Shown here: piece by piece, positions 49,804-61,997 of the stretch
Position numbering within the stretch: the stretch's first letter is position 1
Layout of the letters: every line of letters starts with the position of its first letter
Assembly (NCBI GenBank): GCA_951406725.2
Contig: OX597828.1
Span: forward strand, 15,004,001-15,068,000
Source: Octopus vulgaris
Lineage: Eukaryota
Reading direction: 5' to 3'
DNA length: 64,000 bases
Notes under the pieces: model-generated
Database searches by the model: none
What the model was told of the DNA's origin: nothing
The model's input: the letters and a program-made list of their open reading frames with translations, nothing else
Translations under genes and position numbers: made by a program

Positions 49804-51264
49804 TCAATCCAACTCTGTTGTCAAATTAGCCAAATGTTGAAGTTTAAGGTCTTCTTGTAGTTCTTGGATCTGAACAGAATATCTGTCATTTGGTTTGAAG
49901 AATATCTCATTCTGAACATCAGTGGCAGTACTTTGACTACTATTATCTTTGTCACATTCTTTAAATTTCAGATCTTCCTTTCTTGGCCTCTCTGGATCTT
50001 CCGTGCTTAGTTTCTCTGGCACTTCCTTTTGCAACTTCATTAGATTTTCCAATTTTATCTTCTCTGGATCTTCTGTTTCCAAACTTTTCTGATCATTCTT
50101 TTTCAATTTCCATTTCCTAATCCGATTCTTAAAAGAGATTTTCCGAATATAACAAGTTTTCTTTACAGTTTCTCTTGGAAATTCTTTCAGATTCTCTTTT
50201 AACCAGATTTGTTTCTTTTTAGCAGGATACTGAGACTGGTTTTTCCATAAGTAAGTTCCAGTAATCTGATTTATTGAGCGGTATTTCAGAGAACAACATG
50301 TTAAATATTTTATTACAACTGTCTTAATTTTTAAGCAGCTCTTAATCTTTTGTGCTCGGTCAAAAGCAGAAAAATTATATTCTGTGTATTTGCAGAACTG
50401 TGAAGAATATTCTTCAGATAATTTGCACCGATTGATTAATAAGGTAAAATATTGCAAAGAGTTGCTCTCTTTTGTCTTAGCAGCATTTTGCTGCAATTGT
50501 ATTTTTAACAAGTAATTTTGGTTATTATTAAATACTGACCCACTTAATGAATTAAAATGAGCAACTGAGTGTAATTTAAGAGCTGGTTTTAAATTATTTT
50601 CATTGTGGCTATGTAGAAATAATGTATTGTAATTTTCAGTGCCATTTCCAGAGAACAGTGCCATTTTAAGAGCTGTTGAGTTATTTTGAAAATTCAGATG
50701 AGCTAAATGTTCTCCTGAGTGGCTTAAGAAATGTTCTTTGAATGCAGCATCAATTCCACTAGTAATCAAATGAATCTTCTTTCTCAAATTCGTATTCCTA
50801 AGATCTGCCAGAGGACCTTTGTTACAGAAATATCTGTTTGAAGAGGAAGGAGAGCAGGTGGGGGGCAAGGGAAATTTCTGTTTCATTTTACAATTACTAA
50901 TGTCATTAACAGTCATATAATTAATATCCATTGAATGATTAGAATAAATGGATAACTTAATGTAAAATTTACATTTCAGCTTCTTCCCGTTTGAATAAAA
51001 ATTTATCATCTGAGTAATTTTCCAAAACTTAAATGAAATATTAATCAAATAATTTAAGGTAAGAATCTTACTTGGCACTTGTGCATCTGTCAGAAATAAA
51101 TTTAATATAGCACGAATAACTTCTTCAATTTCACTGCTGTTTTCAATTCTGGCTTCAACATTTGTCAAGGGATTAGTATCTTTATACATTAATTTGATTT
51201 TATACAAATGCTTATCATATTTTACTAAGCAACTTTGGTTATAAACTCCAGAAAACATTTTCAT
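49804..51264 (-). CDS. MAJIN: MAJIN-like protein (MAJIN domain plus long basic/low-complexity C-terminus), 486 aa, uninterrupted ORF
   Basis: A 1.5-kb open frame in very AT-rich DNA, first ATG at 51264. The N-terminus MKMF..YKIKLMY..EIEEVIRAIL..TLNYLI..W..INF..L..LSIY aligns by eye with recalled mammalian MAJIN LKPF..YKFKIRY..ELEDSVRVVL..TEHFIV..W..LKF..L..FTLY at near-identical spacing. A candidate acceptor ttattttttcag-like tract ends at 51456. Confidence 0.68.
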   Translation of the reverse strand: MKMFSGVYNQSCLVKYDKHLYKIKLMYKDTNPLTNVEARIENSSEIEEVIRAILNLFLTDAQVPSKILTLNYLINISFKFWKITQMINFYSNGKKLKCKFYIKLSIYSNHSMDINYMTVNDISNCKMKQKFPLPPTCSPSSSNRYFCNKGPLADLRNTNLRKKIHLITSGIDAAFKEHFLSHSGEHLAHLNFQNNSTALKMALFSGNGTENYNTLFLHSHNENNLKPALKLHSVAHFNSLSGSVFNNNQNYLLKIQLQQNAAKTKESNSLQYFTLLINRCKLSEEYSSQFCKYTEYNFSAFDRAQKIKSCLKIKTVVIKYLTCCSLKYRSINQITGTYLWKNQSQYPAKKKQIWLKENLKEFPRETVKKTCYIRKISFKNRIRKWKLKKNDQKSLETEDPEKIKLENLMKLQKEVPEKLSTEDPERPRKEDLKFKECDKDNSSQSTATDVQNEIFFKPNDRYSVQIQELQEDLKLQHLANLTTELD

Positions 51265-51847
51265 AAATTGATTTGAAGGAAAATAATGTAAATTAAATGC
51301 AATCACTTCCTAATATACTTAATGAATTCAATTTGGAATACAAAATTTGATTTTATAGAAAAATTGAACAAATGAAAGAAAATATAAGACCTTAATATAT
51401 ACTCTAGTGACTGTTTCCAGACGCGATAGCTTATTCCATGAATGTTCAAAATTATCTGAAAAATAATGAATAACATATAAAAATAAAAAGTATCATATAA
51501 CAACCAGCTTTATATACTTGAGAAATAACACAAGTTTATACAAAATTGGTAAAAACAGCAATTAATTGGCAATTATTTGGAACCAAGTTTTGATAATTTT
51601 TTAGGAATCTTCTGTTCTTTGAAAATTTAGTCAAATTTGTATCAGGTCAAAATATTTGCGTAAAAAAATTTAGAGTATAATAGTTTTATTTTGACCATCT
51701 TAAAATACATCTTACAGCAACAATGTACATAAAGGTTGTCACTAATGAAAGGGTGGATTAAAATTGTGTGCTGCTGCTTAGGTTTAAAACCTTGTCCCAG
51801 TCAAAACAAATCTCAGTTTCATGGTTGGAGAAATGTCTATATTTATA

Positions 51848-52215
51848 TCATCATCATCGTTTAGCGTCCATTTTCCATGCTAGCATGGGTTGGATGGTCC
51901 GACCGAAGTCTGGAAAGCCAGGAGGCTGGCTGCACCAGGCTCCAGTCTGATCTGGCAGTGTTTCTACAGCTGGATGCCTTTCCTAACACCAACCACTCCA
52001 TGAATGTAGTGGGTGCTATTTACGTGCCACTGGCACAGGGGACAGGGGAGGCTGGCAACATCCACGATCGGTTGGTGCTTTTTATGTGCCACAGGCATGG
52101 AAGCCAATCAAGGCGGCGCTGGCATCAGCCACGTTTGGATGGTGCTTTTTACATGCCACCAGTATGGGTATCACAACTACAATTTCCATTTGATTTTTAT
52201 TTTGAGTTTGATTTT
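51848..52215 (-). mobile_element. RTE 3'UTR-derived repeat
   Basis: Same family as 35958-36320. Confidence 0.85.
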
Positions 52216-52219
52216 TATT

Positions 52220-52860
52220 TCCAGTAGTTGGAAATAAGGAAAAGGATGAGCCGTCCAAGAAAATAACATTCTTCCACTGCTCTAGGGACCAATTCTGTAG
52301 GTTTTTACTCCACTCTAAACACTTTGCAACGTTTGTTTTGAAAGTAGTGGTTTTCTGATTGCAGCCCTTCTGTGATATCCAACTTTGTGCAGCTCCCAGC
52401 GAACAGTTTTTATGGAAACTGGATTCTCAAGGTGGTCATTAAGCTCTGCAGTAATTTTGGGAGCTGTAATTTTTGTGATCCTTTCCAACAATTTGCATAA
52501 GAGTCCTGCAGTCCCTATCTAAAAGTTTTGGTTTTCTTCCTGAGCTTTGTTTTGACAAGGAGGTTTTTCCCTCTTTCTCAAAGGCTGTCAATACATTTAA
52601 GACAGTACTTCTTGATACACCAAACATTTCGGCTGTTTTCGTTACACTAGCACCTGCCATACAAGCACCAACAATTTGACCTCTTTGAAAGTTCAATAAA
52701 TCTGTCATTTTAACTCATTTTAATTACTTTTATTCTGATGATATCTGAAAAGAAACAGCAATTTTAGCAAAACATTAAGTGACACTAATAGTAAATCAAA
52801 AAACATAAAAATAAACAAGCTTTTGATGATTTTTATAGATATTATTTTGTCCAACCCCTG
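52220..52860 (-). mobile_element. Tc1-like DNA transposon, 5' half (pseudogenised transposase)
   Basis: TA|CAGGGGTTGGACAAAATAAT terminus; ORF 52439-52708 has an HTH (FQRGQIVGA...TAEMFGVSRSTV) and GRKPKL; downstream WKNVIFLDGSSF resembles WxxVxFSDES. Confidence 0.88.
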
Positions 52861-53194
52861 TATATATTCTTTTTTCATTTTGTGAACAACAGTGTTGTTG
52901 ATTACAGGTTTAACAGGCCAATCACTGATTCACAACATTGCTGATACTGAGAGTTACAAAGGAACATTATTATTACAAACATCACATAAAGGATTTTAGT
53001 TTGAAAGCATTAGTCAATTGGATTTATTGTGAATATTTACATCTTTCTAAGGCAGCAAGCTGGCAGAATCATTAGCATGCTGAACAAAATGCTTAGCAGC
53101 ATTTCGTCTGCCTTTCTGATGCTGATGGATGGTAGTATTCTTTTACCTTTTACTTCTTTCAATCATTGACTGCAGCCATGCAGGGGTACTGCCA

Positions 53195-53560
53195 GCTTGC
53201 TTATCAACCACATGGTTCCGGGTTCAATCCCACAGCATGGCACCATGGGCAAGTGTCTTCTACTATGGCCACGGGCCGACCAAAGCCTTGTGAGTGGATT
53301 TGGTGGATCGAAATTGAAAGAAGCCCATCGTATATATATATGTGTATATATATGCATGTGTGTGTGTGTTTGTGTGTCTGTGTTTGCTCCCCAAGATCAC
53401 TTGACAACCGATGGTCCTCGTAACTTGGTAGTTCAGCAAAAGAGACTGATAGAATAAGTACTAGGCTTACAAAGAATAAGTCCTGGAGTCGAATTGCTTG
53501 ACTAAAGGCGGTGCTCCAGCATGGCCACAGTCAAGTGACTGAAACAAATAAAAGAGTAAA
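53195..53560 (+). mobile_element. SINE family A
   Basis: Family A body and tail. Confidence 0.85.
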
Positions 53561-54847
53561 AGAGAAAAAGAGACAGTCAAACAAATCAACCCCAATACTT
53601 ATTTTTAAGTTTGGTACTTATTCTGTTGGTCTCTTGCCAAGCTATTAAGTTATAAGGATATAAACAAACCAACAATGGTTGTAAAGCAGTATTAGGGAAC
53701 AAACACAAACACAAGGCATTGACTGGCCCAGATCTATAGCAGAAGACACGAGCCCAAGGTGCCTAGCAGTGGAACTGAACCCAAAACCACGTGGATGTGA
53801 TGCAAGCTTCTTAACCACACAGCCATATTTGCCTATCAAATTAATTTCATTCCTTTTTTTTTTTTTGTATAGGTTATCTTATTCAACTGCAGGTCAGCTA
53901 TGATTTAGCAAAAGCATGATCAAAAATATACCAGCCATGACCATCCAGTCTAATTTATGTCAATGATTATATTTTTCACTGTAATTCTTCCTATTTCTTT
54001 TGTTTTTAATGAGATGATTGAGTTGTGAGTTGATGGAGATATATGTCTACTACTTGTAGCAAATCAAGCAACAATATGAAATCTACCATCAGTTTTATTT
54101 TTCATTTAATTTGTTTTTTTGATGGTTCTTGAAGCCATATATAACCTTTCAACAGGAAGCAACACAAATTCCTCTCTTTTCGGAAAATGACAAATATTTA
54201 TTAACATCTTTTAGTGGCAGCTATCAAAATTAAAACAGATAATGATCTTGCACTAATTACATTAAAAGGAAAAAAAAAAAGATACAAAATACTTAATAAA
54301 AAAGAAGTTTACACAAAAATATTTTATAAAAAGAAATTTGAAAAAGTAAAAAAAAAAAGAGCAATAAAAAATAAAAAATTGAAGGAAATAACAAGGAATG
54401 GAAACAAAGCGTGCACTTTTCAAGTTTAAAGTTTCAGGGAGAAAATAAAATAAAATATAAACACTGATAAAACATTGATTTCTACATCAATGTTTTTGGC
54501 TTCTATTTTTTAATCAAGAATTTCACAGATGTTTAATTTAATTTACTTTTTGCTCGGGTGGTGGGGAGGTGGAGGGGAATGTGTGACATAGCACTCTGAG
54601 TTCTTTGTATTGTTGATGTCACAATACACGCGAGCAGCGTAGTAACAATAAAGTATGTCACTTCTATTTTGGGGAAAATGAATCTACATCCATACACACT
54701 GTGTGTGTGTATGTGTGTGTGTGTGTATAAACACGCACACATTTATATAAATACATGCACACACATATAGTTTACATGAAGTATTACCTGATAAATGTTT
54801 TTCCTTTTTTTTTAAAAAAAGACAAATCAATGCAGGTAATTAGAAAC

Positions 54848-55030
54848 AATATACGTTGATGGTTTGTACTTTTACCTTGTATTTCAATATTTTGGAATCA
54901 GGATCCAGACACTACAGAACAGAGAAGTCAGCTCACAAAATCATATCTCCAAAGATTTCCTTAAGGATGGGGGTCCTAAACCCCAAACTTTTGAAATACA
55001 AGGTAAAACCACAAATCAATAACTCGTATT
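54848..55030. mobile_element. MITE-like element with ~50-bp terminal inverted repeats
   Basis: Perfect 18-bp core ttttaccttgtatttcaa (54870-54887) / ttgaaatacaaggtaaaa (54991-55008), extending imperfectly both ways. Confidence 0.75.
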
Positions 55031-55386
55031 ATTTCTTAAAACTCACATTGCTTTCACTTAAAAATAAAATTTTAAAAATTTACATGTGTGTATATATGTG
55101 TATATATGTCAATAAAATAAAACTGGAATAAGATTTTGTGTGTGTGTATATGTGTATGTATATATACACGTATGTGTATATATGTGTTTGTCTGTGTGTC
55201 TATATACATACATATACATACATGTGTCTATATACATACATATACACACACATACACACTTGTACTTTGTATTATAATACGCTTCAATTGATAAGTTAAG
55301 ACAAGTTTAAAGCTATACTCCAGGCAATTTCTTTATTACTCTGGGCAAATATAATTTATTTAACACTCTACACGAGTCAAATTCAC

Positions 55387-55429
55387 CTTGCTGTTGGGTA
55401 GGAATAGTTATCTGATCTACAGAAATCTT
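55387..55429 (-). other. Candidate 43-nt exon (possibly a 5' exon of the MAJIN-like gene or part of another minus-strand transcript)
   Basis: Minus strand reads gtttcttctttctttttacag|AAG...CAAG|gtgaat: strong acceptor and plausible donor, no recognised protein similarity. Confidence 0.3.
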
Positions 55430-56234
55430 CTGTAAAAAGAAAGAAGAAACCACTGCAATGTATTTTCTCTCTAAGAAAAAAAAAAGAAAAGGAAAGAAAA
55501 AGAAAACAAGAGATGCTTGGTTTTATCTATAGTATTGGTTTCCAGTCTTTTACCATCACGATCCATTATTTTGGCAAATCAATAATCTCTCACGACTTAC
55601 TTTTTTTTTTTTCAATAGTTAGATAAAAAAAAAAAACAATGGGGTGCACTTAACATTTGATACTTTTCTTGGGGAAATATTTCTCAGTTTTTGTTTGCAG
55701 TAAATGTTGTGTTGTAGCTTATTGTATTAACATACTCATGAACATTTTATTTTTTATCAAATATTTGTACAACAAAAGATTCTAAGTTTGCAACCACTTT
55801 TCTGAATTCTACCAAGTGTATTCCAGTGTTAAAGTAACGTGTTGTAATAGCTGACTAACAGAGCTGGCGACAGGAGGGGGGCATCCAGTTGCAAAACTCT
55901 GCTTCAGAAAAACCATCCAATCTGTGTGTATGTTTGCTTTGGCGGTACATATACAGTAATTATACAGAAAAGATGATAATGATGAACAATTCCTTCCATA
56001 AGCAAACCACTGCAACCAATAGGTACAAAAGCATTTGTCACTTTCAGTTCTTTGTCATAATGGGTGTGTGGAGGTTTCTATGATTTTACATGTGAAAACA
56101 AATTGCAGAGAAACAAATATGAGTTATAAGGGTATTTATATTTTACTAATCCTTTCATGCTTGACTGGCTAGAACTGAGAGCCAAATTTTCCTCATAATC
56201 ACATCCTAATATCTTTAAATAATAATAATATAAT

Positions 56235-56710
56235 GATGATAATGAGCTTATTGTATATAAAGCTTAGATGCACTACAGCTTGTCAGAAAGCTTAAAAGAG
56301 GGGACAGAAAGTAGACATATAAATAAGATAACAATGAAATCTTAAAATGCATGCACAGTACACAGAATAAAGCACCAAAAAAGTGAGCATTAAATGAGTC
56401 ACAAAGAATAAGGGTGCATAGATGTGCACCTCAAGAGTAATTAGCAAATTTCAGAAAGTAAGGATTTTTTGAAAGATAAGGTGTTCTGAGTGAACTATGA
56501 ACACAGTTTATTCCAAGCTTCAACACTTCTGAAAGTGAAAAGTATGCTTCCAATAGTGTTGAGTTGTGTTTTGATTTTATAAACATGTCCACAAATGGGA
56601 GAGATATCGAATTTAAAAAGATGGCTGAAGTTGTAGGAAAGATGGTGGATAATCTAGTGGCCTTCTACCAAGTCAGCTGCTAGACATCAACACTTTAGTA
56701 GTTGATGTAC
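56235..56710 (-). mobile_element. Decayed CR1/L2-like LINE 3' end
   Basis: Tail similar to 36650-36740; the minus-strand KHTF.FRSVEAWNKL-like segment resembles a CR1 C-terminus. Confidence 0.45.
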
Positions 56711-57409
56711 AGGACACCTTGGATAATATTGTTCTAGGTGTACAGTGCTTGGAAGAGAATGATTGGGCATGGTTGGAGTGTCTTTAACTACAGACCAGCC
56801 TAATCAAGGCAAACCTAGTTTTTAACTGATAACAACTGCTACAATAAAATTATGGGTTGCATGGTATGGTCGCCATGTAGCAGTTCCTTTGCTGTTTCAT
56901 TTGCATTTACTTGAGTAAGTTGCAATTCTCCCAGCCTTCTTTTGTTCCAAACATCCAGGATTATTTTTGATTTTATTATAAACTCAATTTTCAGTCTAAT
57001 TAAATTTATAACTTATCAATCCCATATACATATTTCATCTGATGCAAACTAAAGACCCACTGCACAGTTACTCAACCTTCTGATGACAGCAGGTGAATAT
57101 ACCTCAAATGGCATCATGCAATCTTAAAAAGAAAAACAAAATAAATAAGAAGACTGGACAGTGTAGTCCAAGATAAACAAAAATACAAGATGGTCATGGT
57201 TGGCATGCCTTTGATCATAGGTTTCTGCTTGTGTAGGAGCTATACAACAAGCCCATAGCTTTGTTTCTTTGTTTTACGATCGGGTAGAGGTCATAAATCC
57301 ACTATTCAAGAATGTCACACCCATTTTGGATAACATCTATCAAGATACCAGTAGGACATTCTTGTAGGGATATAAAGGGCAAGTTATGGTAAAGTAGACA
57401 AAAATATGG

Positions 57410-57840
57410 GCACAGGCATCGCTGTGTAGTGAAGAAGCTCACTTTGCAACCACAAGTTTCCAAGTTCCATCTCACTGCATGGTACCTAAGGCAAGTGTTT
57501 CTACTTACAGCCCTAGGCCAACCAATGCCTTGTGAGTGAATTTAGTAGACAGAAATTGTGTGTGTGTGTGTGTGTGTGTGTGCATGTGCGTGTATGTATG
57601 TATGTATGTATGTATGTATGTATGTATGTATATGTCTGTGTCTTTGCATTTGTGTTTGTATCCCCCACCATCACTTCACAACCGGTGTTGATTGTTTATA
57701 TTCACATAACTTAGTAGTTCAGCAAAAGAGACTGATAGAATAAGTATACTGAGGTTGATCTATTTGGTTATAAAAAAACCTTTCAAGTCAGTGCTCCAGC
57801 ATGGCTGCAGTCAGTAGCTCAAAGAAATAAAAAATAAAAG
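57410..57840 (+). mobile_element. SINE family A, older copy with expanded (TG)n(TATG)n
   Basis: Diverged head and tail; microsatellite at 57556-57632. Confidence 0.8.
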
Positions 57841-59060
57841 AAGAAATGGGGATTCCAGTTGTTTAATCAACAAAACTACATACTTAGTAAATCAAAGTGT
57901 AAATGTGATAGAGTATTCCACAAACACTTCAGGGAAATTTCGTTGCTATTTCTAGGAAGTTGAGCATCTGCATAGAGGCTCCCTCTGTGCTTCACATACA
58001 TGCAATTTTGTTGATTGGAAAGTCATCGAGCTATGCCACCATGCAATATCACAACTGTATGTCTTTTACTGTATAATATCTATCACATCATCGTGCTGTT
58101 CACCAAGTGATTTTGTCTGTGTATTCATCTATTTATTATGCTGTACGTGCAAAACCATGATAAATGTATCAGCTTACTATCACCATAGGGGAAAAAATAT
58201 GAAGCATACACTGACAAATATTCCAACACACATACACACACACACAGAGTCATTTAAATGAATATGTGTATGTGCATGTGAATGTGTATGTATGCACAAA
58301 CACACACATATACATACATGTATACACACATATTTATACATACACACACACACACATATATATATATATAGGCAGAACAGGGCGAACTGTCTGAGTATGG
58401 AAGATAGTCCATCTAGCCAGACTAAAACTATAAATATTAATCATTAAATACAAAAAGAAAATGATCTCCAATATTAAAATGCTAATTTTATAGCATGAAA
58501 TTAATTCTTTGAAAACCTGCCACCTTTCAAGTTAAATGTATACACTAACTATACTACTATTCTAGTAGTTGATAATAATACTGCTATGCTAATCATTGGG
58601 TATTCCATTTTCCTGCACTACCTGATTAACTATGTGAGAAACTAGCATGTGTCCTACTTCAATGGAGCATCTCAGAGCCTATCTCTGATGATCTAGCTGC
58701 TTTTTCTGCTATCATATCCTCTCATGCATTTCCAGTATATAATTGATAAACTTCAATAGCTGGACCTTGTGTTAGTTCCAGTTGGTAACCTCTCATAAAA
58801 AAACATTTTCATGCCTCTTTCTTTTCAGTGTTAATGAGGGCTACTGTGTTACTATCATTCACTACACATTTTCTCCATCAACATCTTGATACATACATTT
58901 TTGCACATGTAAAATGTACATACATGCCCTACACCACAATGTGGGCAAATGTCTTCTATTATAGATCCAGGCCAGCCAAAACATTGAAGCATGGGAAAGT
59001 AGATGTTATAACAATGATAAAGATATTGTATATATATATATATATATAAATAAATATAGT

Positions 59061-59450
59061 AGGTGTAGGAGTGGCTGTGTGGTAAGTAGCTTGCTTATGA
59101 ACCACATGGTTCCCCTGTGTGGCACCTTGGACAAGTGTCTTCTACTATAGCCTCGGGCTGACCAAAGCCTTGTCAGTGGATTTGGTAGACGGAAACTGAA
59201 AGAAGCCTGTCATATATATGTATATATGTGTGTGTTTGTGTGTTTATGTTTGTCCCCCCAACATTGCTTGACAACCGATGCTGGTGTGTTTACGTACCCC
59301 ATAACTTAGCGATTCGGCAAAAAGAGACCGATAGAATAAGTACTAGGCTTACAAAGAATAAGTCTTGGGGTCGATTTGCTCAACTTAAGGTGGTGCTCCA
59401 GCATGGCCGCAGTCAAATGACTGAAACAAGTAAAAGAGTAAAGAGAGTAA
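59061..59450 (+). mobile_element. SINE family A
   Basis: Near full-length copy. Confidence 0.9.
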
Positions 59451-59464
59451 TTTTCTAAGTGTCA

Positions 59465-59700
59465 TAGCATGTAACGAAATGTGGATGTATGGTTAAAATG
59501 TCAAAACAAAAAGGTAGCCGTCACTATGAGTTGGATTGCTGTTGCTAAAACAGTGATGTCAATCATTTTCTTCAACTTGAAGGGTGTCATTCATCACGAA
59601 GTTGTTCGACAAGATCAGATGACCAATAAATATTTTTATTTATATGTCCTGAGGTATGTGAGCGAAGCAGTACAATAGAAGAGACCTACCATAACGACAA
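59465..59700 (+). mobile_element. mariner transposase fragment
   Basis: KTVMSIIFFNLKGVIHHEVVRQDQMTNKYFYLYVLRYVSEAVQ*KRP resembles the mariner motif KVMxxVFFDxKGVxHxE...TVNxxYYxxVLxxLREA..KRP. Confidence 0.8.
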
Positions 59701-59790
59701 ACATAATCTTTTAGTGTCTTCTGCTATAGACCTGAGTCATCTACAGCTTTGTGAGTGACTTTGGAACACAGAAACTGAAAGAAGCTTGTT

Positions 59791-59845
<55 letters not shown>

Positions 59846-59849
59846 CCCG

Positions 59850-61455
59850 CGTGCGTACACATGTTCATAACTCCTTGCTTCAAGATTGTGCATTAGTTGT
59901 AAGCAAATGTCATTGTCGTTCATTTGCAGTCTTCCATGAATTTGCAGCTTGGCTAACGTCTGTGCTAAGCACGCATGCACGGAATTGACTCCTTTGTTCC
60001 CCAGACAAGATGAGTATAAAAAGAAAGAATTATTCCATGGAGTACAAGAAAGGAATCGTGGAAGAGTCACATAACAAGAATCTCACGGCATTCTGTAAGG
60101 AGAAGATGTTGGATCTCCGAATGGCTCGGAAATGGCGAGCAGAGTACGATTATCTCAGCAGACAGGTGGATGAGGAGAGTGCTAAGAAGTGCAAGTGTGG
60201 ATCAGGTCAACAGCCATTATTTATGGAGCTGGATGGCTGACTGAAGAACAAAGACTATGATTGTACGCAGGGCTGATCTTCAAGAATTTGCTTTTGCAAT
60301 GGCAACACAGTTGGATCTATTCCCAGAGATATTCAAAGTATCAATTCATTGGTTGGATAACTTCCTTTGGCGATATGAGCTCTCTCTAAGAAGATCGACA
60401 ACACTGTTCAAGCTGGAGGATGCTGAAGTGATTCAACGTGCACTTGCATTCAAGTCCTTCATTGATGGTATCGACTTTTCTAAATACAATCTCTCCAATA
60501 TAATTGCTATGGATGAGACTGCAGTATTTATGGGCCAAGGATCTAAAATGACAATTGAACAGACAGGTACCTCATCAATCTACATAGCTTCAACAGGTTA
60601 TGAAAGTACAAGAGTTACTTGTATTTTAGCAATTCATCTTAATGAAACAAAAGTCTCACTGCTTACCATCACTAAGGGCAAAACAAAAAAGAGAAAATGG
60701 AATGAGATTCAGGCGTTTATGTCCCTGAAACGGAGAATGGCTTGGTGCACACAAGTTGTTATAAAGAAAATGGGTTGATTTAACTATACCACTTGTTTTA
60801 CATGGTTCTCAAAGAGATTTTTTTAGTCTGGGATTTGGCCAGTACTCATCGTGCAAAAGATATGGAAACCTTCCTTTCTGAAAGAAGAATTGACCACATA
60901 ATGATTCCCGCGGGAATGACTTCAGATCGACAAAGATTATTTGCAGATAGAAGTGAATTGAACATAGTATGGAGAGAAATCAGTGTGGAAGCTTTGTCAA
61001 ACCCAACCTCCAAGAAGTTGTGAATTGGGTGAAGAATTCATGGAATAAAATTACAGACAGCTGCATTGCCAATGCACTACAGGGAGGGTACTTGGACAAA
61101 AAGTGTCCATTTAAGGAAAGTTATAATGCCAAACATCAGAGATTGGGGTCCATGGTTCTACAGGAAATGGATTTGCAAGAAATTCAGTCTGAAGTGCGGG
61201 GTTTGATGATTTATGATGATGTTCCAAAAGAGTACTTGACTAAAAACCATAAGCAAATAAATAAACTTTTGATAACTAAAAACACAGGTTTCCTTTTTAT
61301 AATTTTTCCCTTTTACCTGAGGACATGAGACTTTTATGTCTTTCTTGGATTTTTTTCTGCAAAAATATAAGATATCCCCTGAAAATAAGCCCTAGTGTGT
61401 TTTTTGGATGCAAAATTAATATAAGACTGGGCCTTATTTTCAGGGTAACACAGTA
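59850..61455 (+). mobile_element. pogo/Tigger-type DNA transposon with frameshifted transposase
   Basis: ORFs 60010-61328 encode a CENP-B-like HTH (RKNYSMEYK..IV), AMDETAV, LVWDLASTH and IPAGMTS; right end ttattttcagggtaacacag|TA. Confidence 0.9.
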
Positions 61456-61997
61456 GGAGAAATATTACCTTACTTGGAAACAGGTGAAGTTTTGTGACAT
61501 GAAGGGCATAAAAAAATCTGCCACATTGAATTTTGTCTGACCCATGCAAGTATGGAAACATGGATGTTAAATAATGATTTTATATATATACATATATATG
61601 ATGTATATATACATATATATGATTGATATATATACAAACACAAATTGGTGCATCATTTGATTGAACCTGAATTCTCATAAAACATAAGAGATGTAATGTA
61701 TTCTGAACTAAAATGTACAACACACACAAACAAGACCATCTTAATCATTTAATGTTTGCTTTCCATGCTGGCATGGGTTGGATGGGTGATTTGACAGGAG
61801 CTGGTGAGCCAGAAGACTATACCAAGCACTATTTTCTGCTTTGGCATGGTTTCTATGCCAACCACTTTACAGAAGTACTGAGTGCTTTTTATATGACATA
61901 TATATATATATAAATATATCTTTCATCTTTTGCTTGCTTCAGTCATTAGACTGTAACCATGTTGGATTTTAGTCAAATGAATTAACTGTCATATATA

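Noticed and set aside
51265-51306. GTG start giving the 500-aa ORF in the track
   Set aside because: Eukaryotic context; MAJIN similarity begins at the first ATG (51264).
60010-61328. Domesticated pogo/CENP-B-like gene
   Set aside because: Split by stops and frameshifts into four ORFs and still retains a terminal repeat, so it is a decayed transposon.
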